A stretch of 43,028 nucleotides of DNA from a virus. Lineage: Duplodnaviria; Caudoviricetes. Positions 8,039 through 16,707 of the stretch are shown one piece after another. The stretch spans positions 1-43,028 of the IMG/VR virus record IMGVR_UViG_3300044667_000233; one strand, written 5' to 3'. The position numbers and the translations under genes are program-made. Under the pieces are notes generated by a model. It saw only the letters and a program-made list of their open reading frames with translations, was not told the origin of the DNA and searched no databases. How positions within the stretch are numbered: the first letter of the stretch is position 1; each line of letters starts with the position of its first letter.

Positions 8039-8380
8039 TCAGATGCTATACCCCATGGCCGCCCGCTCCGACGCGCCCAGCGCCCAGGCCCGCGCCAGGT
8101 CAGCATCGGACAGCGCGATAGGCTCATGCGGGATGCCGACCCGCCAGCCGACCGCGCGGTTGTGCCGGGCTATGTCCTCGTAGGTCAGCGTCAGGTCAGC
8201 CGCCAGCCGGGCGGTGATTTCATCCGCCACGGTGAGCACTTCGGCATGGCTGGCGCGGGACAGGACGGTCACGGTGTGATCCTTGCGGCGGCAAAGGAAC
8301 GCCCGCCAAGGAACGTAGGAACGTGGCGGGCGGGCATCCGATGGCCGGAGGAAGGATACGCGTGCTGCCGGCCCCTTCAT
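8039..8380 (-). CDS. possible antisense-oriented hypothetical protein
   Basis: Fills a gap on the + strand; upstream CATACT -10-like box; start uncertain. Confidence 0.35.
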   Translation of the reverse strand: MKGPAARVSFLRPSDARPPRSYVPWRAFLCRRKDHTVTVLSRASHAEVLTVADEITARLAADLTLTYEDIARHNRAVGWRVGIPHEPIALSDADLARAWALGASERAAMGYSI

Positions 8381-8485
8381 CGTAGCGGGATGGCTGATTC
8401 CCGCACCCCCCAGTATGCACGAGAGTGGCCACGCCGGCTGAACAGCGCATATACGAAAACGTCCGGCCTGTGCCATACTGGTGCC

Positions 8486-8710
8486 ATGTCAGAGTCTCGT
8501 GCCTGGTATCACAGCCTGCCCGCCGTGCCGGAGGACGCCGAGGAAGCCGCCGTGGACGCCAAGCCCATCCGCTTCTCCCTGGACCTCCCCCCGCCCGACT
8601 ATCGCCTGCTGCGTCACATCCAGTGGCAGCGCCACGAGCAGGGCGAGCGGGTCTCGCTGGCGAGCCTGGTGCGTGACGCCATCCATGCCGCGTACGGGGA
8701 GGGTGCATGA
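8486..8710 (+). CDS. ribbon-helix-helix DNA-binding protein, probably leaderless
   Basis: IRFSLDLPPPDYRLLRHIQ...RVSLASLVRDAI; TGCCATACT 6 nt before ATG. Confidence 0.65.
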   Translation: MSESRAWYHSLPAVPEDAEEAAVDAKPIRFSLDLPPPDYRLLRHIQWQRHEQGERVSLASLVRDAIHAAYGEGA

Positions 8711-9225
8711 GGCGCTGGGAACATCCCGACCTGGCGGAGGCGGGTCGCTGGTATGGCTCGCTGGAGGAACTGGACATCGCCGCCGGCCCCCGGCCCATCA
8801 AGTCCGCCGCGCTGCTGGCCGCCGAGTTGGCAGGACGCCGTAGCCGGGCCGACACGAAGGAGCACCCCCACGACCGCATCCCGCTGCGGATAACCACGCT
8901 GGAGCACGGGGTGCCGACGCTCACCGAAGCCATGACCCGCTACCTGTGCGGCCAGCGGGGCCGGTCGCTGGAGGAACGCCGCATGGCGTTGCTGCTGCTC
9001 GACCTGGCCCGGCAGCGTCCGGTGATTGCGGCCTGGCTGGTCGAGCGCTACGAGCACGGCGCCTCCTACGCCCAGATCGCCGCCACCACCAGTGTCAGCA
9101 GCAAGACGGTGGCACGGATCATCCTGCGGGAAACCCTGGCGCTGCTGGCGTCCTATCAGGCGCTCTACGGCTATGCGCCCGCCCAGATCGTGCGAATCTG
9201 GGGTGGAGTACCACAAGAATCTTGA
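8707..9225 (+). CDS. sigma70 region-4-like late transcription regulator
   Basis: LVERYEHGASYAQIAATTSVSSKTVARII; directly before late promoter and terS. Confidence 0.65.
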   Translation: MRRWEHPDLAEAGRWYGSLEELDIAAGPRPIKSAALLAAELAGRRSRADTKEHPHDRIPLRITTLEHGVPTLTEAMTRYLCGQRGRSLEERRMALLLLDLARQRPVIAAWLVERYEHGASYAQIAATTSVSSKTVARIILRETLALLASYQALYGYAPAQIVRIWGGVPQES

Positions 9226-9251
9226 CATCCCGATACAGCGTGTCCCATACT
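9222..9251 (+). promoter_or_regulatory. putative late promoter
   Basis: TTGACA-18 nt-CATACT upstream of terS. Confidence 0.6.
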
Positions 9252-9307
9252 GCCACCGGGAGAACTGTCCCCATCGCCTGCTTCAGCGTCCGCACACGAA
9301 CGTTTCC

Positions 9308-9892
9308 ATGGCCCTAACTGCCCGGCAAGAGGCGTTTATCGCGGCCTACATCGGCCCCGCGCGCTTCGTGGGCGTGCGGGCCGCCAAGCTGGCCGGCTAC
9401 CGGGGCAACGACAAGACGCTCTCGGTCACGGTCGCGGATCTCCTAGGAAATCCTAGGATCGCCGAGGCCATCGCCGAGGCCCGTGCCGCCATCAAGGCCG
9501 AGGGCATCGCCTGCTTAGAGGCCCGGATAACGAGCCAGAATGCACGCTGGCGCGACTTACAGGCCGTGGTGGCCGCGAGGGCCGAAGCCTATGACGGCGC
9601 CGCTCCTGGCGCGTCTACGGGCCTGCTCGCCCGCACCTACAAGCAGGTGGGGATGGGCCAGGCGGCGCGGCTGGTCGAGGAGTGGACGGTCGACACGGGC
9701 CTGCTCGCCGAGCTGCGGCAGCTGGAGCAGCACACGGCGAAGGAACTCGGGCAGTGGACGGAGCGGAATGAACTTACCGGCAAGGGCGGGGCGCCGCTGC
9801 TGATTCGGGTGGAGTATGCCGACCCTGACCCTGACGCTGCCCCGGCCCCATCCGGCCCAGCGCGCCATCCTGGAGCAGGCGAGCCGGTTTAA
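9308..9892 (+). CDS. terS: terminase small subunit
   Basis: LTARQEAFIAAYI...AAKLAGY...LLGNPRIAEAI; C-terminal ELTGKGGAPL. Confidence 0.9.
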   Translation: MALTARQEAFIAAYIGPARFVGVRAAKLAGYRGNDKTLSVTVADLLGNPRIAEAIAEARAAIKAEGIACLEARITSQNARWRDLQAVVAARAEAYDGAAPGASTGLLARTYKQVGMGQAARLVEEWTVDTGLLAELRQLEQHTAKELGQWTERNELTGKGGAPLLIRVEYADPDPDAAPAPSGPARHPGAGEPV

Positions 9893-11021
9893 CGTCCTGG
9901 TGGCGGGTCGCCGCTTCGGCAAGGACGTGCTCCTGCTTGACCAGCTCATCCGCCCGGCCCTGGATCGGGGCCTGCCGGTGGGCTACTTCGCGCCCACGCA
10001 CAAGAACCTGCTGGAGTTCTGGCGCGGCGCCGTCCGTACCCTGGTGCCGGTAACCGCGCGGGCCAATGCCACCGACCACCGCCTTGAGCTGGTGACCGGC
10101 GGCGTGGTGGAGATGTGGAGCCTGGATGCGCCCGACGCCGCGCGCGGGCGCCGCTACGCCCGCGTGGCGATCAACGAGGCCGGCGTGGTGGAGCGCCTGG
10201 AATCGGCCTGGAGCGAGGTGATCCGCGCCACGCTGGCCGACTATGCCGGCGATGCCTGGTTCGGCGGCACGCCCAAGGGCATGAACTTCTTCCACACGCT
10301 CTACCAGCGCGGCATGGACGCGGGCGAGCCGGACTGGGCCTCCTGGCAACGCCCGACCAGCGCCAACCCGTTCATCGCGCCGGCGGAATTGGCGGCACTG
10401 GCGGCGGAACTCTCTGAGCGCACCTACGCCCAGGAAATCCTGGCGCAGTTCGTCGAGGACGGCGCCGGCGTCTTCCGCTCGGTGCGCGCGGCGGCCACAG
10501 CACGGCCCGAGGCGCCCATCGCCGGCCACCAGTACGTGATTGGGGTGGATTGGGGCCGGTCGCACGACTTCACGGTGATGAGCGTCCTGGACGCCACCAC
10601 GACGCGCCAGGTGTGGCTGGAGCGGTCCAACCAGGTGGAATATGCCGTGCAGCGCGGTCGCCTGGCCGCCCTGTGCGCCCGGTACCGGCCGCTGCAGGTC
10701 AGCGCGGAGGCCAATGCGATGGGGGAGCCGATCATTGAGCAATTGCAGCGGGATGGCCTGCCGATGCAGCCGTTTGTGACCACCAATGCCTCCAAGGCCG
10801 CGATCATTGATGGCCTGGCCCTGGCCCTGGAGCGGGGCACGCTCACCCTGCTCGACGATGCGGTGCAGACGGCTGAGCTGCTCGCCTATACGAGCGAACG
10901 ATTGCCCAGCGGCCTGGTCCGCTACGGGGCGCCGGCGGGGGGGCACGACGATACGGTCATCGCCCTGGCTCTGGCGCTGGCCGCCACACGCGCCGAGCCG
11001 CTGGAAGTTTGGTTCGCATGA
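9816..11021 (+). CDS. terL: terminase large subunit
   Basis: Walker A VLVAGRRFGK, Walker B VAINEAG, GGTPKG coupling motif, nuclease IGVDWG and HDDTVIALAL. Confidence 0.95.
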   Translation: MPTLTLTLPRPHPAQRAILEQASRFNVLVAGRRFGKDVLLLDQLIRPALDRGLPVGYFAPTHKNLLEFWRGAVRTLVPVTARANATDHRLELVTGGVVEMWSLDAPDAARGRRYARVAINEAGVVERLESAWSEVIRATLADYAGDAWFGGTPKGMNFFHTLYQRGMDAGEPDWASWQRPTSANPFIAPAELAALAAELSERTYAQEILAQFVEDGAGVFRSVRAAATARPEAPIAGHQYVIGVDWGRSHDFTVMSVLDATTTRQVWLERSNQVEYAVQRGRLAALCARYRPLQVSAEANAMGEPIIEQLQRDGLPMQPFVTTNASKAAIIDGLALALERGTLTLLDDAVQTAELLAYTSERLPSGLVRYGAPAGGHDDTVIALALALAATRAEPLEVWFA

Positions 11022-11167
11022 GAAAGCCCCGCCTGGACCGCGAGGACCGCAAGGCCCTCATCACGCTGTGTGGCTACGGCCTGGTGCTGCTCCTGCTGCT
11101 GGCCGCGCTGCTGCTCACGGCGGTGGTGGCTGGCCTCTGTGTGCATCTGTTCGCATGGGCCTCCTGA
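11018..11167 (+). CDS. small membrane protein (MRKPRLDREDRKALITLCGYGLVLLLLLAALLLTAVVAGLCVHLFAWAS)
   Basis: ATGA overlap with terL; long hydrophobic stretch; not in ORF track. Confidence 0.55.
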   Translation: MRKPRLDREDRKALITLCGYGLVLLLLLAALLLTAVVAGLCVHLFAWAS

Positions 11168-11295
11168 TGAGCTGGTTCACCCTCGCGCTCCTCCTCCTGG
11201 TGGCGCTGGGCCTGGCCCTCCTGTGCCTGGTGGGCCTGGGCCTCGCGGCCTGGCTCATCGTCGCGTGGGCAGCGCTCGCGCTGGAGGTCATCTAG
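11167..11295 (+). CDS. small membrane protein (MSWFTLALLLLVALGLALLCLVGLGLAAWLIVAWAALALEVI)
   Basis: TGATG coupling upstream, TAGTG coupling to portal. Confidence 0.55.
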   Translation: MSWFTLALLLLVALGLALLCLVGLGLAAWLIVAWAALALEVI

Positions 11296-12704
11296 TGGGC
11301 ATCATCTCGCAGGCCCTGGACGCGCTGGGCAGCATCTTCCCTGAGCGCAAGACCGCCGTCGCCACGCAGGTGCCCACCTGGGAACAGGGCACGCAACAGG
11401 TACCACGGTTTTACCATAATTATCTAAAATATTCCCTGGAGGGATATTCTCGCAACGAGATCGTGTTCGCCTGCGTGGAGGAGCTGGCCACCAGCGCGGC
11501 CGAGCCGCAGCTGGTCGGCGTGCGCAAGACGGACAAGGGCACCGAGCAGGTCAAGGACCATCCGATCCTCGACCTCTTCGCCAAGCCCAACCCCTTCATG
11601 GACCGCTATAGCCTGATGGCCTCCGTCGTGATGTACCAGGCCATCAGCGGCAATGCGTATCTCGAAAAGGTGCGCTCCGCTTCGGGCCAGGTGGTGCAGC
11701 TCTGGCCGCTGCGCCCCGACCGCATGTTCGTGGTGCCGGACAAGGCCAAGTTCATTCGCGGCTGGAACTACCGCATCGAGGGCGCCCTTGAGCCCGACTA
11801 CCTCCCGGCGGAGGACGTGATTCACTTTCGCTCCCGCAACCCGCTCGACGACTACTACGGCCTGCCCCCACTCGCCGTGTGCGCCGAGCGGGTCGATACC
11901 GACGCCCTGATGCGCTCGTTCACCTTGAGCTTTTTCAGGAATGCCGCCGTCCCCGCCGGGTTGTTGCAAATCACCAAGCAGGTGAACGCGGCGGAACGGC
12001 AGGTGATTCGGGATAGGTTCCGCATGGACACCGGCGGGCCGCAGAACTGGCACAGCCTGATGGTCATGAACGACACGGAGGCCAAGTACACGCCCATGGG
12101 CATGCCGCTGGGCCAGAGCGGCATCGTCCTGCCCGAGCTGGATGAGATTTCCGAGGCCCGCATCGCCATGGCCTTCGGCATTCCCCTCGAGCTCATCGGC
12201 GCCAGGCTGGGGATGATCCACGGCAACCGCTCGACGACCAAGGAGGCCCGCGCCACGTTCTGGTACGAGACGCTGGTGCCCAAATACCTGGAGATGGGCG
12301 CAACCATCAGCCGGGCCTTCGCGGACGAGCAGGGCGCCGACGACGTGGACTACTTCGAATATGACCTCTCCACCGTCAAGGCGCTGCAAGAAGACGAGGA
12401 CGCGCTGCACAAGCGGGTGCGCGATGACCTGGCCGCCGGCGTGATCAGCGTGCAGGAGGCGCGGGCCAAGCTGGGCCACGAGCCGGAATATGCGCCGGAC
12501 GCCTTGCTGATCCTGAATCGCGGCCTGGAGCCGATGTCGGCGCAGGCGGCGCTCACAGGCGCCCCGGCGGCGGTGGCCCAGGCCCAACCGATGGCCGCCG
12601 GCCAACCGCAGCAAGCGCCTGGCAAGAACGGCAACGGCAACGGGCACGTCACGCCGGCCCAACTGCAGGCGCTCCTTGAGCTGGCGACGGGGAAGGACGA
12701 ATAA
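11295..12704 (+). CDS. HK97-family portal protein
   Basis: VFACVEELA, HPILDLFAKPNPFM, GNAY, LWPLRPDRM, VIHFR..NPLDDYYGLPPL, FFRNAAVPAGLL; GGAGG RBS before GTG. Confidence 0.95.
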   Translation: MGIISQALDALGSIFPERKTAVATQVPTWEQGTQQVPRFYHNYLKYSLEGYSRNEIVFACVEELATSAAEPQLVGVRKTDKGTEQVKDHPILDLFAKPNPFMDRYSLMASVVMYQAISGNAYLEKVRSASGQVVQLWPLRPDRMFVVPDKAKFIRGWNYRIEGALEPDYLPAEDVIHFRSRNPLDDYYGLPPLAVCAERVDTDALMRSFTLSFFRNAAVPAGLLQITKQVNAAERQVIRDRFRMDTGGPQNWHSLMVMNDTEAKYTPMGMPLGQSGIVLPELDEISEARIAMAFGIPLELIGARLGMIHGNRSTTKEARATFWYETLVPKYLEMGATISRAFADEQGADDVDYFEYDLSTVKALQEDEDALHKRVRDDLAAGVISVQEARAKLGHEPEYAPDALLILNRGLEPMSAQAALTGAPAAVAQAQPMAAGQPQQAPGKNGNGNGHVTPAQLQALLELATGKDE

Positions 12705-13921
12705 TGAGCCTGGATCACTTCTCCGCGGATCTCTCGCTGAAAACGGTGAATCTGTCCCGCAGAATCATCGCAGGGTACGCGGCCGCGCATGACAACGTTG
12801 ATCGCGTCAATGACATCATCGACCCGTCCGCATCGCACAAGGCGATAGCACTCCTCAAATCACCGTCTGATGTTGCCGTGTTTATTGGCCATAATACTGC
12901 CTCTTTGCCAATTGGCATCCCACAAAAGATTGAAGCAACGCCGCGTGGCCTCTATACCGAAACCTACATTTTGAAGGGTCCAATCGGCGACAATCTGCTC
13001 GCTGTTGCGAAAGACCTGCAGGATCATGGCATGTCACTTGGCATGTCGATTGGCTATCGCACGCACGACAGCCGGCACGAAACGGCGGGGCGGAAGAAAG
13101 TTCGGCGCATCATGTCGTACGAACTCAAGGAGTTCTCGTATGCGGCGCAGCAGGCCATCGCCAACCCGCTCGCCGTGGTGACCGATGTGAAGGCCAAAGG
13201 TAAGGAGGGGAGGATGGACTACAGCGTCGAGCAGGAAGGCAACTCCTGGCTGGTGAAGCGGGAGGACCGCACGGTTGGCATCGTGGACGACGAGCGCGCC
13301 GCCTACGCCGTCAAGAGCGCCCTGGAGGGCCAGCAGTATGAGCCGGAAGCGGACGATGAGCACAAAGCAGTCTGGACCACAAAATACGTGAACGACTTAC
13401 CGAACTCCAGTTTCTTGTTTGTCGAGCCGGGGGACGATGACGAAGAGGGCAAGCGCGTGCCCCGCTCCAAGCGGCACTTTCCGTACAAGGATGATTCCGG
13501 CAAGATCGACCTGCCGCACCTGCGCAACGCCATTGCGAGAATCCCCCAGTCCGACGCGCCGGGCCTGAACAAGCCAGCGGTCCAGGCCCGTGCGCGCCGC
13601 CTCCTTGCCCAGGCCGAGGGCGGGAAAACGAGCGAGGAAGGCGAGGAATGGAAGACCGGCGCGGCCCTCAGTGTGCTCGCCCTCGGCTACCAGCTCATCG
13701 ACCTGGCCGAAGCGCTCGCTGAGAAATACACGGCCATGCGCCTCCTGGGCGAGGATCACAAGACGTTCGCCCGCATCCCCGCCGATAACCGCGCCCTGCT
13801 CGCTTCCATCAGCACCGAGCTGGCCGGCCTGGCCCGCTGGGCCGACACCATCGAGCGCGGGGAGGAGGCGAAGGCGCGGCGCAACCGCCTGGCGAAAGAA
13901 CTCGCATTGCTCAGCATCTAG
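12704..13921 (+). CDS. HK97-type prohead protease with long C-terminal extension
   Basis: IAGYAA..DNVDRVNDII, catalytic IGHN and GMSIGY, LKEFS...ANP. Confidence 0.9.
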   Translation: MSLDHFSADLSLKTVNLSRRIIAGYAAAHDNVDRVNDIIDPSASHKAIALLKSPSDVAVFIGHNTASLPIGIPQKIEATPRGLYTETYILKGPIGDNLLAVAKDLQDHGMSLGMSIGYRTHDSRHETAGRKKVRRIMSYELKEFSYAAQQAIANPLAVVTDVKAKGKEGRMDYSVEQEGNSWLVKREDRTVGIVDDERAAYAVKSALEGQQYEPEADDEHKAVWTTKYVNDLPNSSFLFVEPGDDDEEGKRVPRSKRHFPYKDDSGKIDLPHLRNAIARIPQSDAPGLNKPAVQARARRLLAQAEGGKTSEEGEEWKTGAALSVLALGYQLIDLAEALAEKYTAMRLLGEDHKTFARIPADNRALLASISTELAGLARWADTIERGEEAKARRNRLAKELALLSI

Positions 13922-13998
13922 CACGCTCAACGCGCTGCTGCCACAGGGACCCCGCTCAACCAAAACGCGTTTTGGTTGGCGGGAACCCTGCCACACAC

Positions 13999-14027
13999 GC
14001 CGGATCCCTGCCAGGACCGGCTTTTTT
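13999..14027 (+). terminator. intrinsic terminator-like hairpin before capsid gene
   Basis: GCCGG(A)TCC...GGACCGGC followed by TTTTTT. Confidence 0.5.
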
Positions 14028-14065
14028 CATGCCCGTGCGATGGGCAGGAAGGAATGTCCAAGACG

Positions 14066-15576
14066 TGAATACATCCCTCAAGCAAAAGAACAGTGATTTA
14101 GAGGGCCTGCGCATCCGGGCGCGCAAGATCCTGGAGACGCACAAGGACGAGCTGCCGCCCGAGGAGGAAAAGGCCCTCGATGCGCTGATGGTCGAGATGA
14201 AGGCCCTCCAGGGCCAGATCGACACGGAGACCAAGCGCGACGACTTCACGCGCGACCTGGCCCTGATCGACGCCTACCAGACGCAAGCGCAGCACAAGAT
14301 CGCCCACGGCATCAACGGCGACGACGAGTCCCGCAAGGGCCTGCTGCGTGCCGGCTGGGAGGTCAAGGGCGGCTTCGTCTGGGCGCCCACGTCCATCGAA
14401 GGCACCACGCAAAAGCTGGCCTCGGGTGGCACCTACCACGCGGGCAAGCAGCTCATGTATCCCGAAGAGGTGCTGTTTGGCCCCATCCCCGAGGACGACA
14501 AGACGGCCCAGTATTACCGCAAGACGCGGGCGATCTTCTCGCCCGAATACAAGGCGGCGTATGTCCGGCACTTCGCGCTCTCCGTGAAGACGGGCAGCGA
14601 GCGCATGGCGTTTCAACTCCTGGAGCCGTTCGAGCAGAAGGCGCTGTCCGAAGGCACCGACACCGCCGGCGGCTTCGCCGTGCCGCCGGACTTCCAGGCG
14701 GAGATCCTGGCGCACCTGCCGCAGCATGCCGTGGTGCGCGCCAACGCCCGCGTCCAGCCCACCAACCGCGACGTGCTCGAATACCCCGCCGTCAAGGCGA
14801 ATGCCGGCACCTACGGCGGCATTTCCGGCGCCTCCATCTACTCATCGGCCTTCGTGGGCTCCTGGAGCGGCGAGACGCCTGCCTTCACCGACACCGATCC
14901 CGTCTTCCAGAAGCTGTTGATCAACGTGCGCAAGGTGCGCGTGGCCACCAAGGTCTCCAACGATTTCGCCGCCGATAGCGCCACCAATATCCTGGCCTGG
15001 CTGGCCACCAACGGCGCGGAGAACATGGCCCTGACCGAGGATTACGGCTTCATCCTGGGCGATGGTGGGCCGCTGCAGCCGCTGGGGCTGGTGAACGCCG
15101 GCATCACCAACAAGGACCTGGAGGGCAGCACCGCCGACACCGTCTCGAACACCACCGCCAGCGCCGGCAGCGCGCCAAAACTCATCACGCTGGCCTACAG
15201 CCTCCCCGCGCAGTATGTCGCCGGCGCCAAGTGGCTGATGTCGCGCGCCGTCGAGGGCAAAATCCGCCAACTCGTGGACGGCTCCGGGCGCTACCTCTGG
15301 CCGCCCTTCGTGGGCAGCGCGTTTGCCGGCCCGATGGCCGATCTGCTCGGCTCTCCGGTCCTGCAGTCCGACTGGGTGCCCGCCGACGGCCAGGATACCC
15401 AGCCCGTGCTGTTCTACGGGGACCTCAGCGCGTACATCATCGCCCAGCGGACCCAGATCACCAGCCTGGTGCTCAGAGAGAGATTTGCGGACACGGATCA
15501 GACAGGAATTCTTTTATTTGAGCGCATCGGCGGCGGTATCTTCAACACAGACGCCATCCGGGGCGGCATCTGCTAG
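14066..15576 (+). CDS. HK97-fold major capsid protein with N-terminal delta domain
   Basis: KALSEGTDTAGGFAVPPDF, WSGE, GDGGPLQPLGL, WLMS...LVDGSGRYLW, LLGSPV, FYGDLSAY; start approximate. Confidence 0.95.
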
Positions 15577-15636
15577 GGTAGACAGCTACTATGACCGGGG
15601 TCAGTCTCATGCTGGACCCCGAGAAAGGACATCTTC

Positions 15637-16065
15637 ATGGCACACCAAGCACTCTCGGACAGCGTGCTGGTCCAGCAGGAGATCGCCCCGGCGAACCTGT
15701 CCAGCAACACCAATACTTCCACCATCGACATGCAGGGCTGGGACGGGGTGGAATTTGAGTTCGCCATCGGCGTGATGGCCAGTGGCGTCACCTTTGACGC
15801 CTACGTGCAAAGCAGCGCCAACTCCAACTTCAGCGGCGCCACCAACATCGCCAACGCGGCGCTGACCCAGGTGGCCAACACCTCCAACGCCACGCTGCAG
15901 ATCCTGGATGTCTACCGGCCGACCAACCGCTACGTGCGCTGCTCCACGGTGCCCGGCGCGGGGGTGTTCACCTCCGTGGTCAGCCGCCGCTACCACCGCA
16001 ACGGCATCCTGCCGCCGAGTCAAGCAACTTCAACTAACCAGGTGGTCAAGGTTGATGTCAATTGA
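15637..16065 (+). CDS. putative capsid decoration/cement protein
   Basis: Directly after MCP; beta-rich, Ser/Thr/Asn-rich; AAAGGA RBS. Confidence 0.5.
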   Translation: MAHQALSDSVLVQQEIAPANLSSNTNTSTIDMQGWDGVEFEFAIGVMASGVTFDAYVQSSANSNFSGATNIANAALTQVANTSNATLQILDVYRPTNRYVRCSTVPGAGVFTSVVSRRYHRNGILPPSQATSTNQVVKVDVN

Positions 16066-16074
16066 TTTGACTCG

Positions 16075-16605
16075 CTAGGAGAGATGGCTCCAGCGGATGC
16101 GGGCACGTACCTTGAAGACCAGCGACTTGCTGACGCCGTACTTCAGCGCCAGCGCCTCGGCGGTGAGCGGGCTGGTACGGATGTCCTGGACGGCGGCTTC
16201 AGTGAGTCTTGCATGGCCGTTGCGTTCACCAGCGGGCATGAAGCCATTGATCGTCGCATGGGTCACGTTCTGCTCCTGCGTGATCCATTCCAGGTTTTCG
16301 GGCCGATTGTCCGTCTTCACGCCGTTCCGGTGGTTGATCACCTGATTGGCGCCGCGTGCGCCAATGAACGCTTCGGCAACCAGGTGGTGCACTAAGCGCG
16401 TGCGCCTTCCACGCGCATGTCCCTGCGCCAATCGGACGCTGAGATAGCCGGAGGCGGTCGTTGTGAGACGGAGGATTCTGCCGGGGTGCGTGCGCGAACC
16501 TGGTTTGTCCCGGCGCACGCGACCGAAATTCGACACGGAGTACCAGCCCGCGTGGCTGGCGAGAGGCCGCCAGTCTTCGAGGCTCGGGGTATCGTAGAGA
16601 TGCAT
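16075..16605 (-). CDS. free-standing NUMOD4-HNH homing endonuclease with C-terminal HTH
   Basis: EDWRP...YSVSNFGRVR, GYLSVRL, VHHLVAEAFIG, INHRNGVKTDNRPENLEWITQEQNVTHA. Confidence 0.9.
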   Translation of the reverse strand: MHLYDTPSLEDWRPLASHAGWYSVSNFGRVRRDKPGSRTHPGRILRLTTTASGYLSVRLAQGHARGRRTRLVHHLVAEAFIGARGANQVINHRNGVKTDNRPENLEWITQEQNVTHATINGFMPAGERNGHARLTEAAVQDIRTSPLTAEALALKYGVSKSLVFKVRARIRWSHLS

Positions 16606-16692
16606 GGAAGTTCACTCCTTCTGTGCCACGCCCCCGGACGGTCACAACGTCGCGGGGGCACCGCGTCGTGCGGTGCTCCTTTCATTGTACCA
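16606..16692 (-). promoter_or_regulatory. extended -10 promoter plus structured leader (copy 1)
   Basis: TGGTACAAT...GCCCCCG-16 nt-CGGGGGC-GTGGCACA-GAAG[GAGTGAA]CTTC-C-ATG. Confidence 0.65.
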
Positions 16693-16707
16693 GATGAGGA
16701 ACCAGGG

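Noticed and set aside
10160-10185. Inactive terminase because Walker B reads INE rather than IDE
   Set aside because: The catalytic Glu and all other motifs are intact, and NE variants occur in other terminases.
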